Shown here: piece by piece, positions 1-9,557 of the stretch
How the letters are laid out: every line of letters starts with the position of its first letter
Position numbering within the stretch: the first letter of the stretch is position 1
Assembly (NCBI GenBank): GCA_045222555.1
Contig: JBGUYY010000068.1
Location: 32,877 to 96,876, forward strand
DNA from: Bacteroidales bacterium
GTDB taxonomy: Bacteria; Bacteroidota; Bacteroidia; Bacteroidales; WCHB1-69
Direction: 5' to 3'
Length of the DNA stretch: 64,000 nt
Translations under genes and position numbers: made by a program
Notes under the pieces: model-generated
What the model was told of the DNA's origin: nothing
Databases searched by the model: none
Seen by the model: the letters and a program-made list of their open reading frames with translations, nothing else

Positions 1-61
1 CTTTGTCAACGCTTAATTTCTCTGCGATGATTTCTTTTACTTCTTCGATCAATTCTTCCAT
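1..61 (-). CDS. 5' end of a gene running off the window; the N-terminus resembles an acyl carrier protein
   Basis: The reverse complement of 1..61 reads MEELIEEVKEIIAEKLSVDK, which fits the ACP N-terminal helix pattern (xVKxIIxEKLxV). A TATTTTTG -7 box lies on the same strand at 85..92. Only 20 codons are visible. Confidence 0.45.
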   Translation of the reverse strand, partial: MEELIEEVKEIIAEKLSVDK

Positions 62-84
62 TGTAATTCACTTTAAAATTTTGG

Positions 85-92
85 CAAAAATA
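85..92 (-). promoter_or_regulatory. Bacteroidetes-type -7 promoter box TATTTTTG
   Basis: Matches TAnnTTTG. Lies 23 nt upstream of the ACP-like ATG at 61. Confidence 0.5.
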
Positions 93-183
93 CTACATTT
101 TTTTTATTGGGTAATCATCGTCTTTCACATTTTTCTGTTATTATTCTTATAAAATTGATAGACAATGATTTATTTTTTCAATT

Positions 184-1287
184 TCAATCTGAAGAGGGGC
201 TCTGGATGGTGAAAATTTTGTGACTGATGTCGTGCGCTGTCAATATCCTCTCCACCCTTTTCGGATCAGTATCGGAAATGAAAACTTGTCCAAAGTGTTC
301 ATTTCCAACTAAATACAAAAGTTTTTGAATGCGTTTCATATCCAATTTGTCGAAAATATCGTCGAGTAAAAGGATGGGCTTCACTTTTTTTTTCTCGAAA
401 ATATAGTCAAACTGCGTGAGTTTCAGCGCTAATAGGAAGGTTTTCTGCTGCCCCTGGGAGCTGTACTTTCGGACATTTTTCCCGTTCATCACGAATTCAT
501 AGTCATCTTTGTGCACTCCCGCGCAGGTGAAGCCGCTTCGGAAATCCGCCTGCTCGTTTCTGCGCAGCAGCTCCTCCATCGTCGCTTCGTGTAACGACGA
601 CTGGTAGACGATGCCCACCTCCTCGCGACTGTCGGCCAGAAATTCGTAATGCTTTTGAAAAATAGGCTGAATATCTGAAAGAAATGCGCTGCGACGCTCG
701 TGCACCGACTGCGCCAAAGGGGCCATCTGCAGGTCGTAAATCTGTATCAGAGAGCTGTCGTACCGTCCCTGCTCGAACATCTGCTTCAACAGCGAGTTGC
801 GCTGCACCAGCAGCTTCTGGTATGCAATCAGCGATTGCAAATACTCCTTGTCGAACTGCGAGATGATCATGTCGAAGAACTTGCGGCGCAGTTCGCTGCC
901 TTCGTGGATTAAGTTGCTGTCCACCGGCGCCACCATGATGGAAGGGAATGCTCCGATGTGCTCGCTCAGCCGCTCGTACTCCTTCTGGTTCAGTTTCATC
1001 ACCTTGCGGCCGCCCGCCTTGTAGATGCAGCTCACCCGCCGCGTGCGCTCGTCCTGCTGCCCCACAAATTCTCCGTGTATTGCGAAGAAGTCTGTGTCAA
1101 AGCGCACCGACTGCTGGTCCTGCGCCGAGAAGTAGCTCTTGCAAAACGATAAATAATGGATGGCATCCAGCAGGTTGGTCTTGCCCGACCCGTTGTCGCC
1201 CACCACCGCGTTCACATTCTCCGAAAAGGTGAAATCCGCCTGTTCGTAGTTCTTGAAATTGGTGATCTGGATGGAGTGAAGGTACAT
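184..1287 (-). CDS. recF: DNA replication and repair protein RecF
   Basis: Walker A motif GDNGSGKTNLLDA and an SMC-like RecF layout. I moved the start to the internal ATG (MYLHSIQITNFKNY), a typical RecF N-terminus. The upstream 6 codons of the ORF track are unsupported. Confidence 0.9.
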   Translation of the reverse strand: MYLHSIQITNFKNYEQADFTFSENVNAVVGDNGSGKTNLLDAIHYLSFCKSYFSAQDQQSVRFDTDFFAIHGEFVGQQDERTRRVSCIYKAGGRKVMKLNQKEYERLSEHIGAFPSIMVAPVDSNLIHEGSELRRKFFDMIISQFDKEYLQSLIAYQKLLVQRNSLLKQMFEQGRYDSSLIQIYDLQMAPLAQSVHERRSAFLSDIQPIFQKHYEFLADSREEVGIVYQSSLHEATMEELLRRNEQADFRSGFTCAGVHKDDYEFVMNGKNVRKYSSQGQQKTFLLALKLTQFDYIFEKKKVKPILLLDDIFDKLDMKRIQKLLYLVGNEHFGQVFISDTDPKRVERILTAHDISHKIFTIQSPSSD

Positions 1288-1308
1288 GCCGCTTTGTCTC
1301 CTCAAACT

Positions 1309-2454
1309 CTATTTCAACGCTTCCTCCAGGGTGATGCGCTTTCCCGTGGTAACATCCACCAGCACGTATTTCATCTTGCCCATCCCTAATTTAGCGGCAT
1401 ATTCGCATTGCCCAAGACCGCTCACATCATTCACATCCTTGAAGGCGTCTTCAGTTTTCTGCTTCTTGGCACAAAGCTCGTGGCAAACCATATCCACGGC
1501 CACAATGTCGGTGGAGGCCACCGCCCCGATCTTGTCCATGAAGGGCTTCGGCGCCTTGGCCGAACAATCGCACGTCTTCGAGATGTTATCCATCACATTG
1601 ATGAACACCATCGGCTTATGCTCCACAAATACCTTGGCATACTCAACCAGCTTCTCCAAAAATTCCTCGCCTGAGCTGAATTTGTCGGGGCTGAAGATGC
1701 CGAATCCGCATTCCGCAATACATTTGGCGCAACCGAGGCATTTGCTGCTGTCGATGACCGGACCGCCCTCGGTGAGCACGATGGCGTTGGCCGGACACTG
1801 CTGCACGCAGCGATTGCAGTGCACGCATTTGTGACCGTTCTTCACTGCCGGCACATTGGAGGCGTGCATGGCCATCTTACCGCCTGGAGAGGCGAATCCC
1901 ATTGACACATTCTTGATGGCACCGCCAAAACCGGCTGAGCCATGCCCCTTGAAGTGCGAATAGATGATATAGGCGTCGTAATTGGCGAAATGACTTCCCG
2001 TCTTGATCTTGTCGAAATGCTTCAGACCAGTGGCTTCGTATTCAATTTCTCCTTCCGCATCCAAAATATCAATGGGTGCAAAGGTGAAACCATGCTCCTT
2101 GGCCAAGGCGATGTGCTGGTCGGTGAAACGGCGTTTGCTGACATACAGCACGTTGGTTTCCACAAAAGTGGCATTCGTCTTTTTCACCAGCGGGCGCAGC
2201 AGTTCGGGGTTCAGGAAGTTCTGGTTGCCGTCTTCCCCGAAATGCACCTTCAGGCCAATCTTTCCCTCCTGCTTCACTCCCAAAGCCTCATAGAGCTTCA
2301 GAATGTTCTCGGGGGTGATGTCTTTGCAGAAATAGACGATCACCTCGTCGTCGGCCACCTTGATGGCTTCGTCGGTTTTGGCTTTGCTGTTACTGCATGC
2401 GGAAAGGAAGGTCGCTGCAAGGGCGACAAGAAGGAAAGGAAGGATTCGCTTCAT
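1309..2454 (-). CDS. DUF362-type iron-sulfur protein with a lipoprotein signal peptide
   Basis: 381 aa. N-terminus is MKRILPFLLVALAATFLSAC (lipobox). There are two ferredoxin-type cysteine clusters, CVHCNRCVQQCP and CLGCAKCIAEC. The overall layout resembles DUF362 proteins. Confidence 0.7.
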   Translation of the reverse strand: MKRILPFLLVALAATFLSACSNSKAKTDEAIKVADDEVIVYFCKDITPENILKLYEALGVKQEGKIGLKVHFGEDGNQNFLNPELLRPLVKKTNATFVETNVLYVSKRRFTDQHIALAKEHGFTFAPIDILDAEGEIEYEATGLKHFDKIKTGSHFANYDAYIIYSHFKGHGSAGFGGAIKNVSMGFASPGGKMAMHASNVPAVKNGHKCVHCNRCVQQCPANAIVLTEGGPVIDSSKCLGCAKCIAECGFGIFSPDKFSSGEEFLEKLVEYAKVFVEHKPMVFINVMDNISKTCDCSAKAPKPFMDKIGAVASTDIVAVDMVCHELCAKKQKTEDAFKDVNDVSGLGQCEYAAKLGMGKMKYVLVDVTTGKRITLEEALK

Positions 2455-2498
2455 TGTTTTTTGTTCTTTATGAATAAAAAATATGTATAGCCGTCAGA

Positions 2499-4940
2499 CT
2501 ATTTTTTCTTTTTCTCGGTTCTGATTCTCATGCCGTAGAAGGAACGATACACAAAGACCAATCCCACAACGAGGAAAGCAGCTCCGATGTAAGGAGTGTA
2601 GTCAGTGGCACCGTTGTTCTGGGCGGCCAGCTTCATCACTACAGCGATTTCAGCGGCTAACATGCCAAACAGCGTGGAGAATTTGATGATGGGGTTCATG
2701 GCTACAGAAGAGGTGTCCTTGTAGGGGTCGCCCACCGTGTCGCCCACCACCGTAGCGGCGTGCAGATCCGTGTTCTTCTCCTGCAAATCCACTTCTACCA
2801 CCTTCTTGGCATTGTCCCATGCACCACCGGCATTGGCCATGTAGATGGCTTGGAACAGTCCGAACACCGCCAGCGAGATGAGGTAGGAGACGAAGAAGTT
2901 GGGGTCGAAGAAGGCGAAAGCCAAGGTGAGACAGAAGATTACGGCGAAGATGTTCCACATGCCCTGCTGTGCGTAGCGGGTGCAGATTTTCACCACGGTT
3001 TTCGAATCCTCAATGTCGGCCTCGCTCTTGTCAAGGTTGAGGTTCTGCTTGATGAATTCCACGGCACGGTAAGCACCTGTGGTGACAGCCTGCATGGAGG
3101 CGCCGCTGAACCAGTAGATGACTGCGCCACCGGTGATGAATCCGAGGATGACCGGCGCTTTCGTCAGACTGAGGTCCAACATGTTAGCATTGATGAGCAT
3201 CAGGATGATGGCGAAAATCATGGTGGTGGCACCTACTACTGCCGTACCGATGAGCACAGGCTTGGCCGTGGCTTTGAAGGTGTTGCCGGCTCCGTCGTTG
3301 GCCTCCAAGAAGTATTTGCCCTTCTCGAAGTTGGGCACAAAGCCGTACTCTTTCTCGATGTCGGACTTGATGGCGGGGATGCTCTCGATTTGCGAAAGCT
3401 CGAACACCGACTGTGCGTTGTCGGTTACCGGTCCGTAGCTGTCCACTGCAATGGTGACAGGACCCATGCCGAGGAAACCGAAGGCCACAAGGCCGAAGGC
3501 GAAGATGGCAGAGTAGTCGCCGAAGATGTTGAGGCCGTTGCAGGAAACCATGAAAGCGACAAACATCAGAGCCATCATCACGAGGCCTTTCCAGAAGGCG
3601 CTGAAGTTACCGGCCACCATGCCGGAGAGGATGGTAAGCGATGCACCGCCTTCGCGGGAGGCCGTCACCACCTCCTGCACGTGGCGGGAGTTGGAGCTGG
3701 TGAATGCTTTGGTGAGTTCGGGGATGATGGCTGCCGCCAACGTGCCCAAACTGATGATGGAGGCCAAACGCCACCACATGCTCGGATCAGGCTGCAGACC
3801 GCCAATCAGCGAGTCGGTGGCGGCAAACTGGTAGTTGTTGAGCAGCAGGTAGCTGATGGCATACGTTACAATGATGGAGACAATAGAGGTGATCCATACC
3901 AAAGAGGTGAGCGGAGCCTCGAAGTTGAAGTTGCTGGCTTTCTTGTATTTGGCAGCGGAAATCCACTGGTTGATACCGTAGGAGAAAACGGAGGTGAACA
4001 CCATGAGGATACGCATGGCGAAAATCCAGACAATCAGAAGAGCTTGAAGCTCGGGGCTGGAGGCGAGTGCAAGGATGATGAACGAAATGAGGGCTACACC
4101 CGTCACACCATAGGTCTCAAAACCGTCGGCGGTGGGACCTACGCTGTCACCAGCATTGTCGCCCGTACAGTCAGCAATGACACCCGGGTTGCGCGGGTCA
4201 TCCTCGCCAATCTTGAAAATCACCTTCATCAGGTCGGAACCGATGTCGGCAATCTTGGTGAAGATACCACCAGCAATACGTAATGCGCTGGCTCCTAATG
4301 ATTCACCAATGGCAAAGCCGATCAGACATGCACCGGCACTGTCTTTGGGGATGAACAACAGGATGACGAGCATCAGGATCAGCTCGATGGTGATGAGCAA
4401 CAAACCAACGCTCATGCCCGACTGGAGGGGGAGTTTCACCACCGGCCACGGCTTGCCCTGTAACGAGGCAAAAGAGGTGCGGCAGTTCGCCCAGGTGTTG
4501 ATGCGGATGCCGAACCATGCCACAGCGTAAGAACCGCCGATGCCTAAAATCGTCCACAGCAGGATGAGCAGGATGCGGTCGATGGACATCCGGTTCAATC
4601 CGCCAAAATAGAAGCAGATGACCGCCCCGATGATCACAAACAGGATGAGCAAGAACTTGCCCTGCTGCAGCAGGTAGGTCTTGCAGGTCTCGTAAATGGT
4701 ATTCGACACGCTCTTCATGGCGCGGTGTACGGGATGCTTCTTGATTCTCAGGGCCTGGAACAATCCAAACAGCAGTCCGAGAAGCACGATGATGGAACCC
4801 CAGAGCAGGAGCGCCTGACCAGAGACAGCACCGTTGAAAAAGGAGACATCTTTGAAATTCGGAAGTGTCAGATCAGCCTCACTGGCCGACAAAAGGAAGG
4901 GACAGGTCAGTGCAGACAGCAGTAATAAAAACTTTTTCAT
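2499..4940 (-). CDS. hppA: Membrane-bound proton/sodium-translocating pyrophosphatase
   Basis: 813 aa and polytopic. Diagnostic motifs GDNAGDSVGPTADGFETY and GDTVGDPYKDTSSVAMNPIIKF are present. Confidence 0.93.
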   Translation of the reverse strand: MKKFLLLLSALTCPFLLSASEADLTLPNFKDVSFFNGAVSGQALLLWGSIIVLLGLLFGLFQALRIKKHPVHRAMKSVSNTIYETCKTYLLQQGKFLLILFVIIGAVICFYFGGLNRMSIDRILLILLWTILGIGGSYAVAWFGIRINTWANCRTSFASLQGKPWPVVKLPLQSGMSVGLLLITIELILMLVILLFIPKDSAGACLIGFAIGESLGASALRIAGGIFTKIADIGSDLMKVIFKIGEDDPRNPGVIADCTGDNAGDSVGPTADGFETYGVTGVALISFIILALASSPELQALLIVWIFAMRILMVFTSVFSYGINQWISAAKYKKASNFNFEAPLTSLVWITSIVSIIVTYAISYLLLNNYQFAATDSLIGGLQPDPSMWWRLASIISLGTLAAAIIPELTKAFTSSNSRHVQEVVTASREGGASLTILSGMVAGNFSAFWKGLVMMALMFVAFMVSCNGLNIFGDYSAIFAFGLVAFGFLGMGPVTIAVDSYGPVTDNAQSVFELSQIESIPAIKSDIEKEYGFVPNFEKGKYFLEANDGAGNTFKATAKPVLIGTAVVGATTMIFAIILMLINANMLDLSLTKAPVILGFITGGAVIYWFSGASMQAVTTGAYRAVEFIKQNLNLDKSEADIEDSKTVVKICTRYAQQGMWNIFAVIFCLTLAFAFFDPNFFVSYLISLAVFGLFQAIYMANAGGAWDNAKKVVEVDLQEKNTDLHAATVVGDTVGDPYKDTSSVAMNPIIKFSTLFGMLAAEIAVVMKLAAQNNGATDYTPYIGAAFLVVGLVFVYRSFYGMRIRTEKKKK

Positions 4941-5000
4941 TTTGTAATAATTTGATATTTAATATTTTAATAATTTTCTACGAGAATAGTTTTTAACCTG

Positions 5001-5008
5001 CAAATTTA
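5001..5008 (-). promoter_or_regulatory. -7 box TAAATTTG
   Basis: Matches TAnnTTTG. Lies 60 nt upstream of the hppA start at 4940. Confidence 0.45.
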
Positions 5009-5047
5009 CACTATATTTTAATATGATAAACAAAAAAAATGATGTGA

Positions 5048-5764
5048 TTAGTCGAAGTCAAAATAAGGCTGCAGTTTTTTCACTAACTCATTGTAAGCGT
5101 GTGTAATACGTTGAAATTCCTCTATGTTGTGGATTTTTCCGTTCTTTTCTCGATAGCTGAGAATGGTTTTGGTGAGATAAGCGTCCAAATAGGGGTGGGC
5201 AATCAGCTCTTTGTAAGTGGCTGAATTGATGTGGATTTTACGGATGTGGGTAGGGGAGAGGGTGAAATATTTTTCGCAGAGCTCAAGGTCAACATTCTGA
5301 AGGACATAGACTTCTTGCAACTGTGAGAAGGAGTGGAAACCGCCGAGCCGCTCACGGTATTCCACCAGTTTTTGCGCTCGCTTGCTGCCGAAGGTGGGCA
5401 CGCGCATGATGTCGGTGGTGTCGCAGCGGTTGAGGTCGATTTTCACAATTTCGTACTGCGGGCGGTAAGGTTGGAATCGGCTGCTGTCGCCTCGTCCACG
5501 GATGGTGTCACCCTGCCAGCCTCCGCCACCCTTGCTGCTTCCTTTCCGCTGCCATCGGGCCTCCCGCGCTGCCTGTGCCGAGTCGTCGGCCGCCTGCTGT
5601 TCCGCGTAGAAACGCTCCACCTCGCTGCGGAACTTTTCCAAGTCAGCCGGACCTGCGGCTTTGGTGTCGTAAAGAAAATTCACCGTAAAAACTGCAATGA
5701 TGAGGGCGAGCAATACCGCTGTCGCAATGAACTCGCCGCGTGGGATGTTGAAAAACTTTTTCAT
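5048..5764 (-). CDS. ComEA-like helix-hairpin-helix DNA-binding protein
   Basis: 238 aa with an N-terminal TM segment and a charged linker. There are two HhH-like modules (VPTFGSKRAQKLVEYRERLGGF and INSATYKELIAHPYLD). Confidence 0.7.
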   Translation of the reverse strand: MKKFFNIPRGEFIATAVLLALIIAVFTVNFLYDTKAAGPADLEKFRSEVERFYAEQQAADDSAQAAREARWQRKGSSKGGGGWQGDTIRGRGDSSRFQPYRPQYEIVKIDLNRCDTTDIMRVPTFGSKRAQKLVEYRERLGGFHSFSQLQEVYVLQNVDLELCEKYFTLSPTHIRKIHINSATYKELIAHPYLDAYLTKTILSYREKNGKIHNIEEFQRITHAYNELVKKLQPYFDFD

Positions 5765-5819
5765 AGTGCATTTGAGTTTAATGAGTTATTATTGTTTTGA
5801 TTTACAAAAAGATACTTCG

Positions 5820-5827
5820 CAAAAGTA
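5820..5827 (-). promoter_or_regulatory. -7 box TACTTTTG
   Basis: Matches TAnnTTTG. Lies 55 nt upstream of the ComEA-like start at 5764. Confidence 0.45.
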
Positions 5828-5872
5828 TAAAAATTTTTTATTCCAAAATATCATTCACTTACTTTTTTTCTG

Positions 5873-5880
5873 TATCTTTG
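5873..5880 (+). promoter_or_regulatory. -7 box TATCTTTG
   Basis: Matches TAnnTTTG. Lies 36 nt upstream of the ATG at 5917. Confidence 0.5.
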
Positions 5881-5916
5881 CCGCTCATTTTTTAAACAAA
5901 CTAACCCTCTGTTATT

Positions 5917-8900
5917 ATGAAAAACTTTTTACACCGCATTCTTCTTCTCAGTGTGTTCTGCTACGGACTTGCCATTTCCGCTCATGCCCAGTGTGATCCT
6001 GAAACTATCCCCTACTCGATAGATTTTGAGAACTGCTATACGGGTATCAACTCCTTCCCGGATTGTTGGACTAAAATGCAGGCTTCTGGCAATTACCCAT
6101 ATCCTGTGCTGACTGGCAATGAACAGTGCCTTGCTTTCAATGGAAATAGCATCGCAGCCCTCCCTGAAATGGCGGTGCCGCTTAACGGATTGCGCATCAG
6201 TTTCGACTTGCGCGTGCAGAATATCAATAACCAGATCATTATTTCTGTTATCGATGCACCTGACTGGGATGCAATGGAGTCAATGGTTGATATTGAAACC
6301 ATTACTGCATCCATGACCGGTGTGTTCTATCACTATGAGGTGCATTTCGACAACTATACGGGCAATGGCCGTTACATTCTGATTCAACATGCCGGCAGCA
6401 CGGTGTCGTATGTGGATAATGTGGTGGTGGATGAAATGCCCGACTGCCTCAACCCGATCAACGTTCAAGCCACCGGTATCACTTCACAGGCAGCTACGCT
6501 GAGCTGGTCCGAAGTGGGAAGCGCCACCCAATGGCGTGTGCTCTGCTCCACTACTCCCGTCACTGATTTTACAAATGCAAATCCCGCTGTCGTCAATACC
6601 CCCACCAAAACCTATACCAATTTGTTGCCCAATACCACTTACTACTTTTATGTGCAGTCGGTGTGCGGCAGCGACTACAGCACATGGAGCTCCACGATCT
6701 TTACAACCATCTGCGGTACCGCTTCACTGCCTCTTCAGGAGGGTTTCACCGCTGGAGAAATGCCCGCCTGCTGGTCTTTCCAGCAAGTAACGGGAAACTC
6801 TACGGTGACTTTTGTGTCTAGCGGACAGAATCCCACCGTGTCGCCTGCTGCGGGCAGCGCTATGGCACAATGGGCCAGTGGCAGTTACCAGTCTGGCCGC
6901 CAGGGACGACTGGTCACGCCCGAAATTTCCACTACAGGCACTAATGTATTGGGTGTCAACTTCAAATGGTATCACGGGAGCGAAAATCCTGAAGCCGTTA
7001 TCGAAGGCGTTCAGGTGCAGTATTCGTTCGATGGCACTACGTGGACTGATGCCCCGCAAGGACTTATTCCGCGCTACCATAATGTGCTGTCTGGTTGGAC
7101 CGAATATGATGTGATGATTCCCGCCGCAGGGGCTCATTCTTCCGTCTATGTCGGCTTCCTCTTCACCGCAGGCGGTGGCCGCAACTGCTATCTCGATGAG
7201 GTGAATCTAAGAGCTGCATCCGGCTGCCTCGTCCCCGCCAACCTTACCGCCTCCGATGTTACGGGTAATGGTGCTACCGTCACCTGGACAGAGGTCGGCT
7301 CTGCCAATAATTGGCAGCTTGTGGTGTCGGATGTGCCCCTCAACAACCCCTCTTCAGTCACCCCAATTAACGTTACGTCAACTACTTATAATCTCCAAGG
7401 CCTTAACCCGCTGACGACCTATTACCTCTATGTGCGCTCGTCATGTTCCAACAACACTTTCAGCGATTGGAGCCATGGAGTGACCTTCACTACCGGCTGC
7501 GGCACCATCACCACGCTGCCCTACTATGAGAGTTTCGATAACTACGGCACAGGCGACAACGCCTTCCCGCCCTGCTGGGCTCGCCCCGCTACCTCATACT
7601 ACCAGTCCTCCGTTACCCCGTCCGCTTCCAACATCTCTTCTACGAATGGCGACAACAGCCTGCTCTTCTGCACGGGTTCCAACATGCAGACTTATGCCAT
7701 CACTCCCGCCATTGGTGAGGATATCCATAACCTTTCGCTCTCATTCTACCTCTATTTTGAAGATGCCAACCTTTCAGGAAGTTTGGAGGTGGGCGTGATG
7801 TCCAATCCTGGCGACTATGCCACTTTTGAGCATGTGGCGACCTTCACACCGACTGCTGCCGGCACGTGGAACTTCCAGAACGTTTCGTTCAGCAATACCA
7901 ACTTAACAGGCAGCAACCGTTACATCGCCCTCCGTCACAACGGCACCTCCGATTTCAATTACTGTCTGATTGACGAACTTACCATTTTGTTACACACCGA
8001 CTGCTGGCCTGCCCAGCATCTCACTCTCAGCGGCGTGACCGGCAATGAGGCCACCCTCATGTGGGATAATGTCAATGGCTCGGATGTCGCTTGGCATTTG
8101 AAAATGGCCGACTACCCGCTCAACGATCCGACAGGTTACGCTAACGTGCTGGATACACTGATTCAGAATGTGAATTTCCATATCGACTACCTCAATGGTG
8201 GCACCACCTATTATCATTATTTGCAATCCGTTTGCGGGAATAATGAAGTTGGGGCTTGGCAGAGCGGCAGCTTTACCACCGACCCGTGCAACTGCTACAT
8301 CCGCATCATCATGCACGACCAGTACGGCGACGGCTGGAACGGTGCCAAGATTCAGATGAAACGAGGCAATACGATTTTGGCAGAAATCACTTTGGAAGAT
8401 GGCTCGCTCGATACGGCCATGGTTTACACCTGCGAGGCTGGCAATATCGACTACTATTTTGTGGGCTCGCCTGTCCAGTCGAGCTACGATGCGGAGGTCT
8501 CATTCCAGATTGAAACCAATCAAGGCATGCAGATTTATGCCTCTTCTGGCACGCCGGTTGCAGGAGCATTCTTCCATAACTCGCCCAACTGTGGCGTGGA
8601 CTGCAGCACTGTTCCCTCCAATGTTACCGCAGTGAGTCTTCCTGGCGGATCTGCACGGGTGTCATGGAACAGCGTTCCCTCCGCCCAGAGTTATTCCATC
8701 TATCGCAATGGTGAGGTCGTTGCCGAGTATGTGACCGGCACCTCCCACATGGTTTCCACCGTTGAGGGTGAGAACTGCTTCACCGTCAGCGCAGTATGTA
8801 TCGTGGGTGAAAGCAGTCTCTCCACTCCTTCCTGCGTGGTCGGCATCGCCCAGTATGAAAACGGTACGGTTCGCCTCTATCCGAACCCCACTCGCGAAAA

Positions 8901-9093
8901 AGTGACCGTCGAGTCGTCGGCTCCCTTCGACAGAATTGAGGTTTGCAACCTCATGGGACAAACCCTTGCCACCATCCAAGGTACTGGCAGCAGCCGCGCC
9001 GACATCGCCCTGCACTATGAGTCAGGCCTCTATCTCGTGAAGGTGTGGACCGGCAACCACTGCACCGTGTCGAAAGTCGTCCTTCAACGCTAA
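5917..9093 (+). CDS. Large T9SS-secreted surface protein with alternating adhesin-like and fibronectin-III-like modules and a C-terminal sorting domain
   Basis: Signal peptide MKNFLHRILLLSVFCYGLAISAHA. There are four FN3-like segments, each with an ATLSW/ATVTW-type strand and a TTYYFYVQS/TTYYLYVRS-type strand. They alternate with Cys-bounded modules resembling cleaved-adhesin/choice-of-anchor domains. The last ~75 aa (LYPNPTREKVTV...GLYLVKVWTGNHCTVSKVVLQR) match the T9SS CTD pattern. Confidence 0.8.
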   Translation: MKNFLHRILLLSVFCYGLAISAHAQCDPETIPYSIDFENCYTGINSFPDCWTKMQASGNYPYPVLTGNEQCLAFNGNSIAALPEMAVPLNGLRISFDLRVQNINNQIIISVIDAPDWDAMESMVDIETITASMTGVFYHYEVHFDNYTGNGRYILIQHAGSTVSYVDNVVVDEMPDCLNPINVQATGITSQAATLSWSEVGSATQWRVLCSTTPVTDFTNANPAVVNTPTKTYTNLLPNTTYYFYVQSVCGSDYSTWSSTIFTTICGTASLPLQEGFTAGEMPACWSFQQVTGNSTVTFVSSGQNPTVSPAAGSAMAQWASGSYQSGRQGRLVTPEISTTGTNVLGVNFKWYHGSENPEAVIEGVQVQYSFDGTTWTDAPQGLIPRYHNVLSGWTEYDVMIPAAGAHSSVYVGFLFTAGGGRNCYLDEVNLRAASGCLVPANLTASDVTGNGATVTWTEVGSANNWQLVVSDVPLNNPSSVTPINVTSTTYNLQGLNPLTTYYLYVRSSCSNNTFSDWSHGVTFTTGCGTITTLPYYESFDNYGTGDNAFPPCWARPATSYYQSSVTPSASNISSTNGDNSLLFCTGSNMQTYAITPAIGEDIHNLSLSFYLYFEDANLSGSLEVGVMSNPGDYATFEHVATFTPTAAGTWNFQNVSFSNTNLTGSNRYIALRHNGTSDFNYCLIDELTILLHTDCWPAQHLTLSGVTGNEATLMWDNVNGSDVAWHLKMADYPLNDPTGYANVLDTLIQNVNFHIDYLNGGTTYYHYLQSVCGNNEVGAWQSGSFTTDPCNCYIRIIMHDQYGDGWNGAKIQMKRGNTILAEITLEDGSLDTAMVYTCEAGNIDYYFVGSPVQSSYDAEVSFQIETNQGMQIYASSGTPVAGAFFHNSPNCGVDCSTVPSNVTAVSLPGGSARVSWNSVPSAQSYSIYRNGEVVAEYVTGTSHMVSTVEGENCFTVSAVCIVGESSLSTPSCVVGIAQYENGTVRLYPNPTREKVTVESSAPFDRIEVCNLMGQTLATIQGTGSSRADIALHYESGLYLVKVWTGNHCTVSKVVLQR

Positions 9094-9119
9094 GGTGACT
9101 ATAAAAAGGTAGTCATACT

Positions 9120-9557
9120 ATGGATGTTACCGATAAAATTCTGAAATACTGCGCTTTCCAAGAACGCAGTTGTCGTGAAGTATGCCGAAAATTGGCAGAG
9201 TTGAAGGTTCCCCGACAGGATGCCGAACAGATTTTGGAGGAACTGAAGGAGCAGAATTATGTGAACGATGAGCGTTTCGCCGAGTGCTTTGTTCGGGGAA
9301 AGATGAACAACAACCGTTGGGGACGGGTGAAAATCCGTGTGGAGCTTTTGAAACGAGGCGTTGACGATGCCATTATCTCGGAGAAACTGAAGATGATGGA
9401 TGAGGATCTCTATGTCCAAAACTTGCAGTATTTGGCCGCTCGTTGGCAGCAAGAAAACCCGTCAAAGGGAAGGGATCACATGACGAGATTCCTTCTGTCG
9501 AAAGGGTACACTTTCGATGAAATCCGTCAGTGCGCATCGAACCAGGAGGAGCCGTAG
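9120..9557 (+). CDS. recX: Recombination regulator RecX
   Basis: 145 aa. Repeated three-helix pattern typical of RecX (KILKYCAFQERSCREVCRKL...EELKEQNYVNDERFAECFVRGK...RVELLKRGV). The 3' end overlaps the convergent polA by 31 nt. Confidence 0.8.
   Translation: MDVTDKILKYCAFQERSCREVCRKLAELKVPRQDAEQILEELKEQNYVNDERFAECFVRGKMNNNRWGRVKIRVELLKRGVDDAIISEKLKMMDEDLYVQNLQYLAARWQQENPSKGRDHMTRFLLSKGYTFDEIRQCASNQEEP

Noticed and set aside
2760-4283. 507-aa ORF on the plus strand, antisense to the pyrophosphatase gene
   Set aside because: It lies entirely inside a gene with unmistakable H+-PPase motifs. Its translation is low-complexity (G/D/E/H/V-rich) and has no promoter box. This is a typical shadow ORF of a GC-rich codon-biased gene. 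The same reasoning applies to 15153..16646, 17079..18368, 19629..20468, 25050..25871, 33623..34486, 34258..35157, 38656..40092, 43599..44768 and 51563..52489.
9527-9557. 31-nt overlap of the convergent recX and polA 3' ends
   Set aside because: Both reading frames are well supported up to their stops. Convergent overlaps of this size are unremarkable and need no special explanation.
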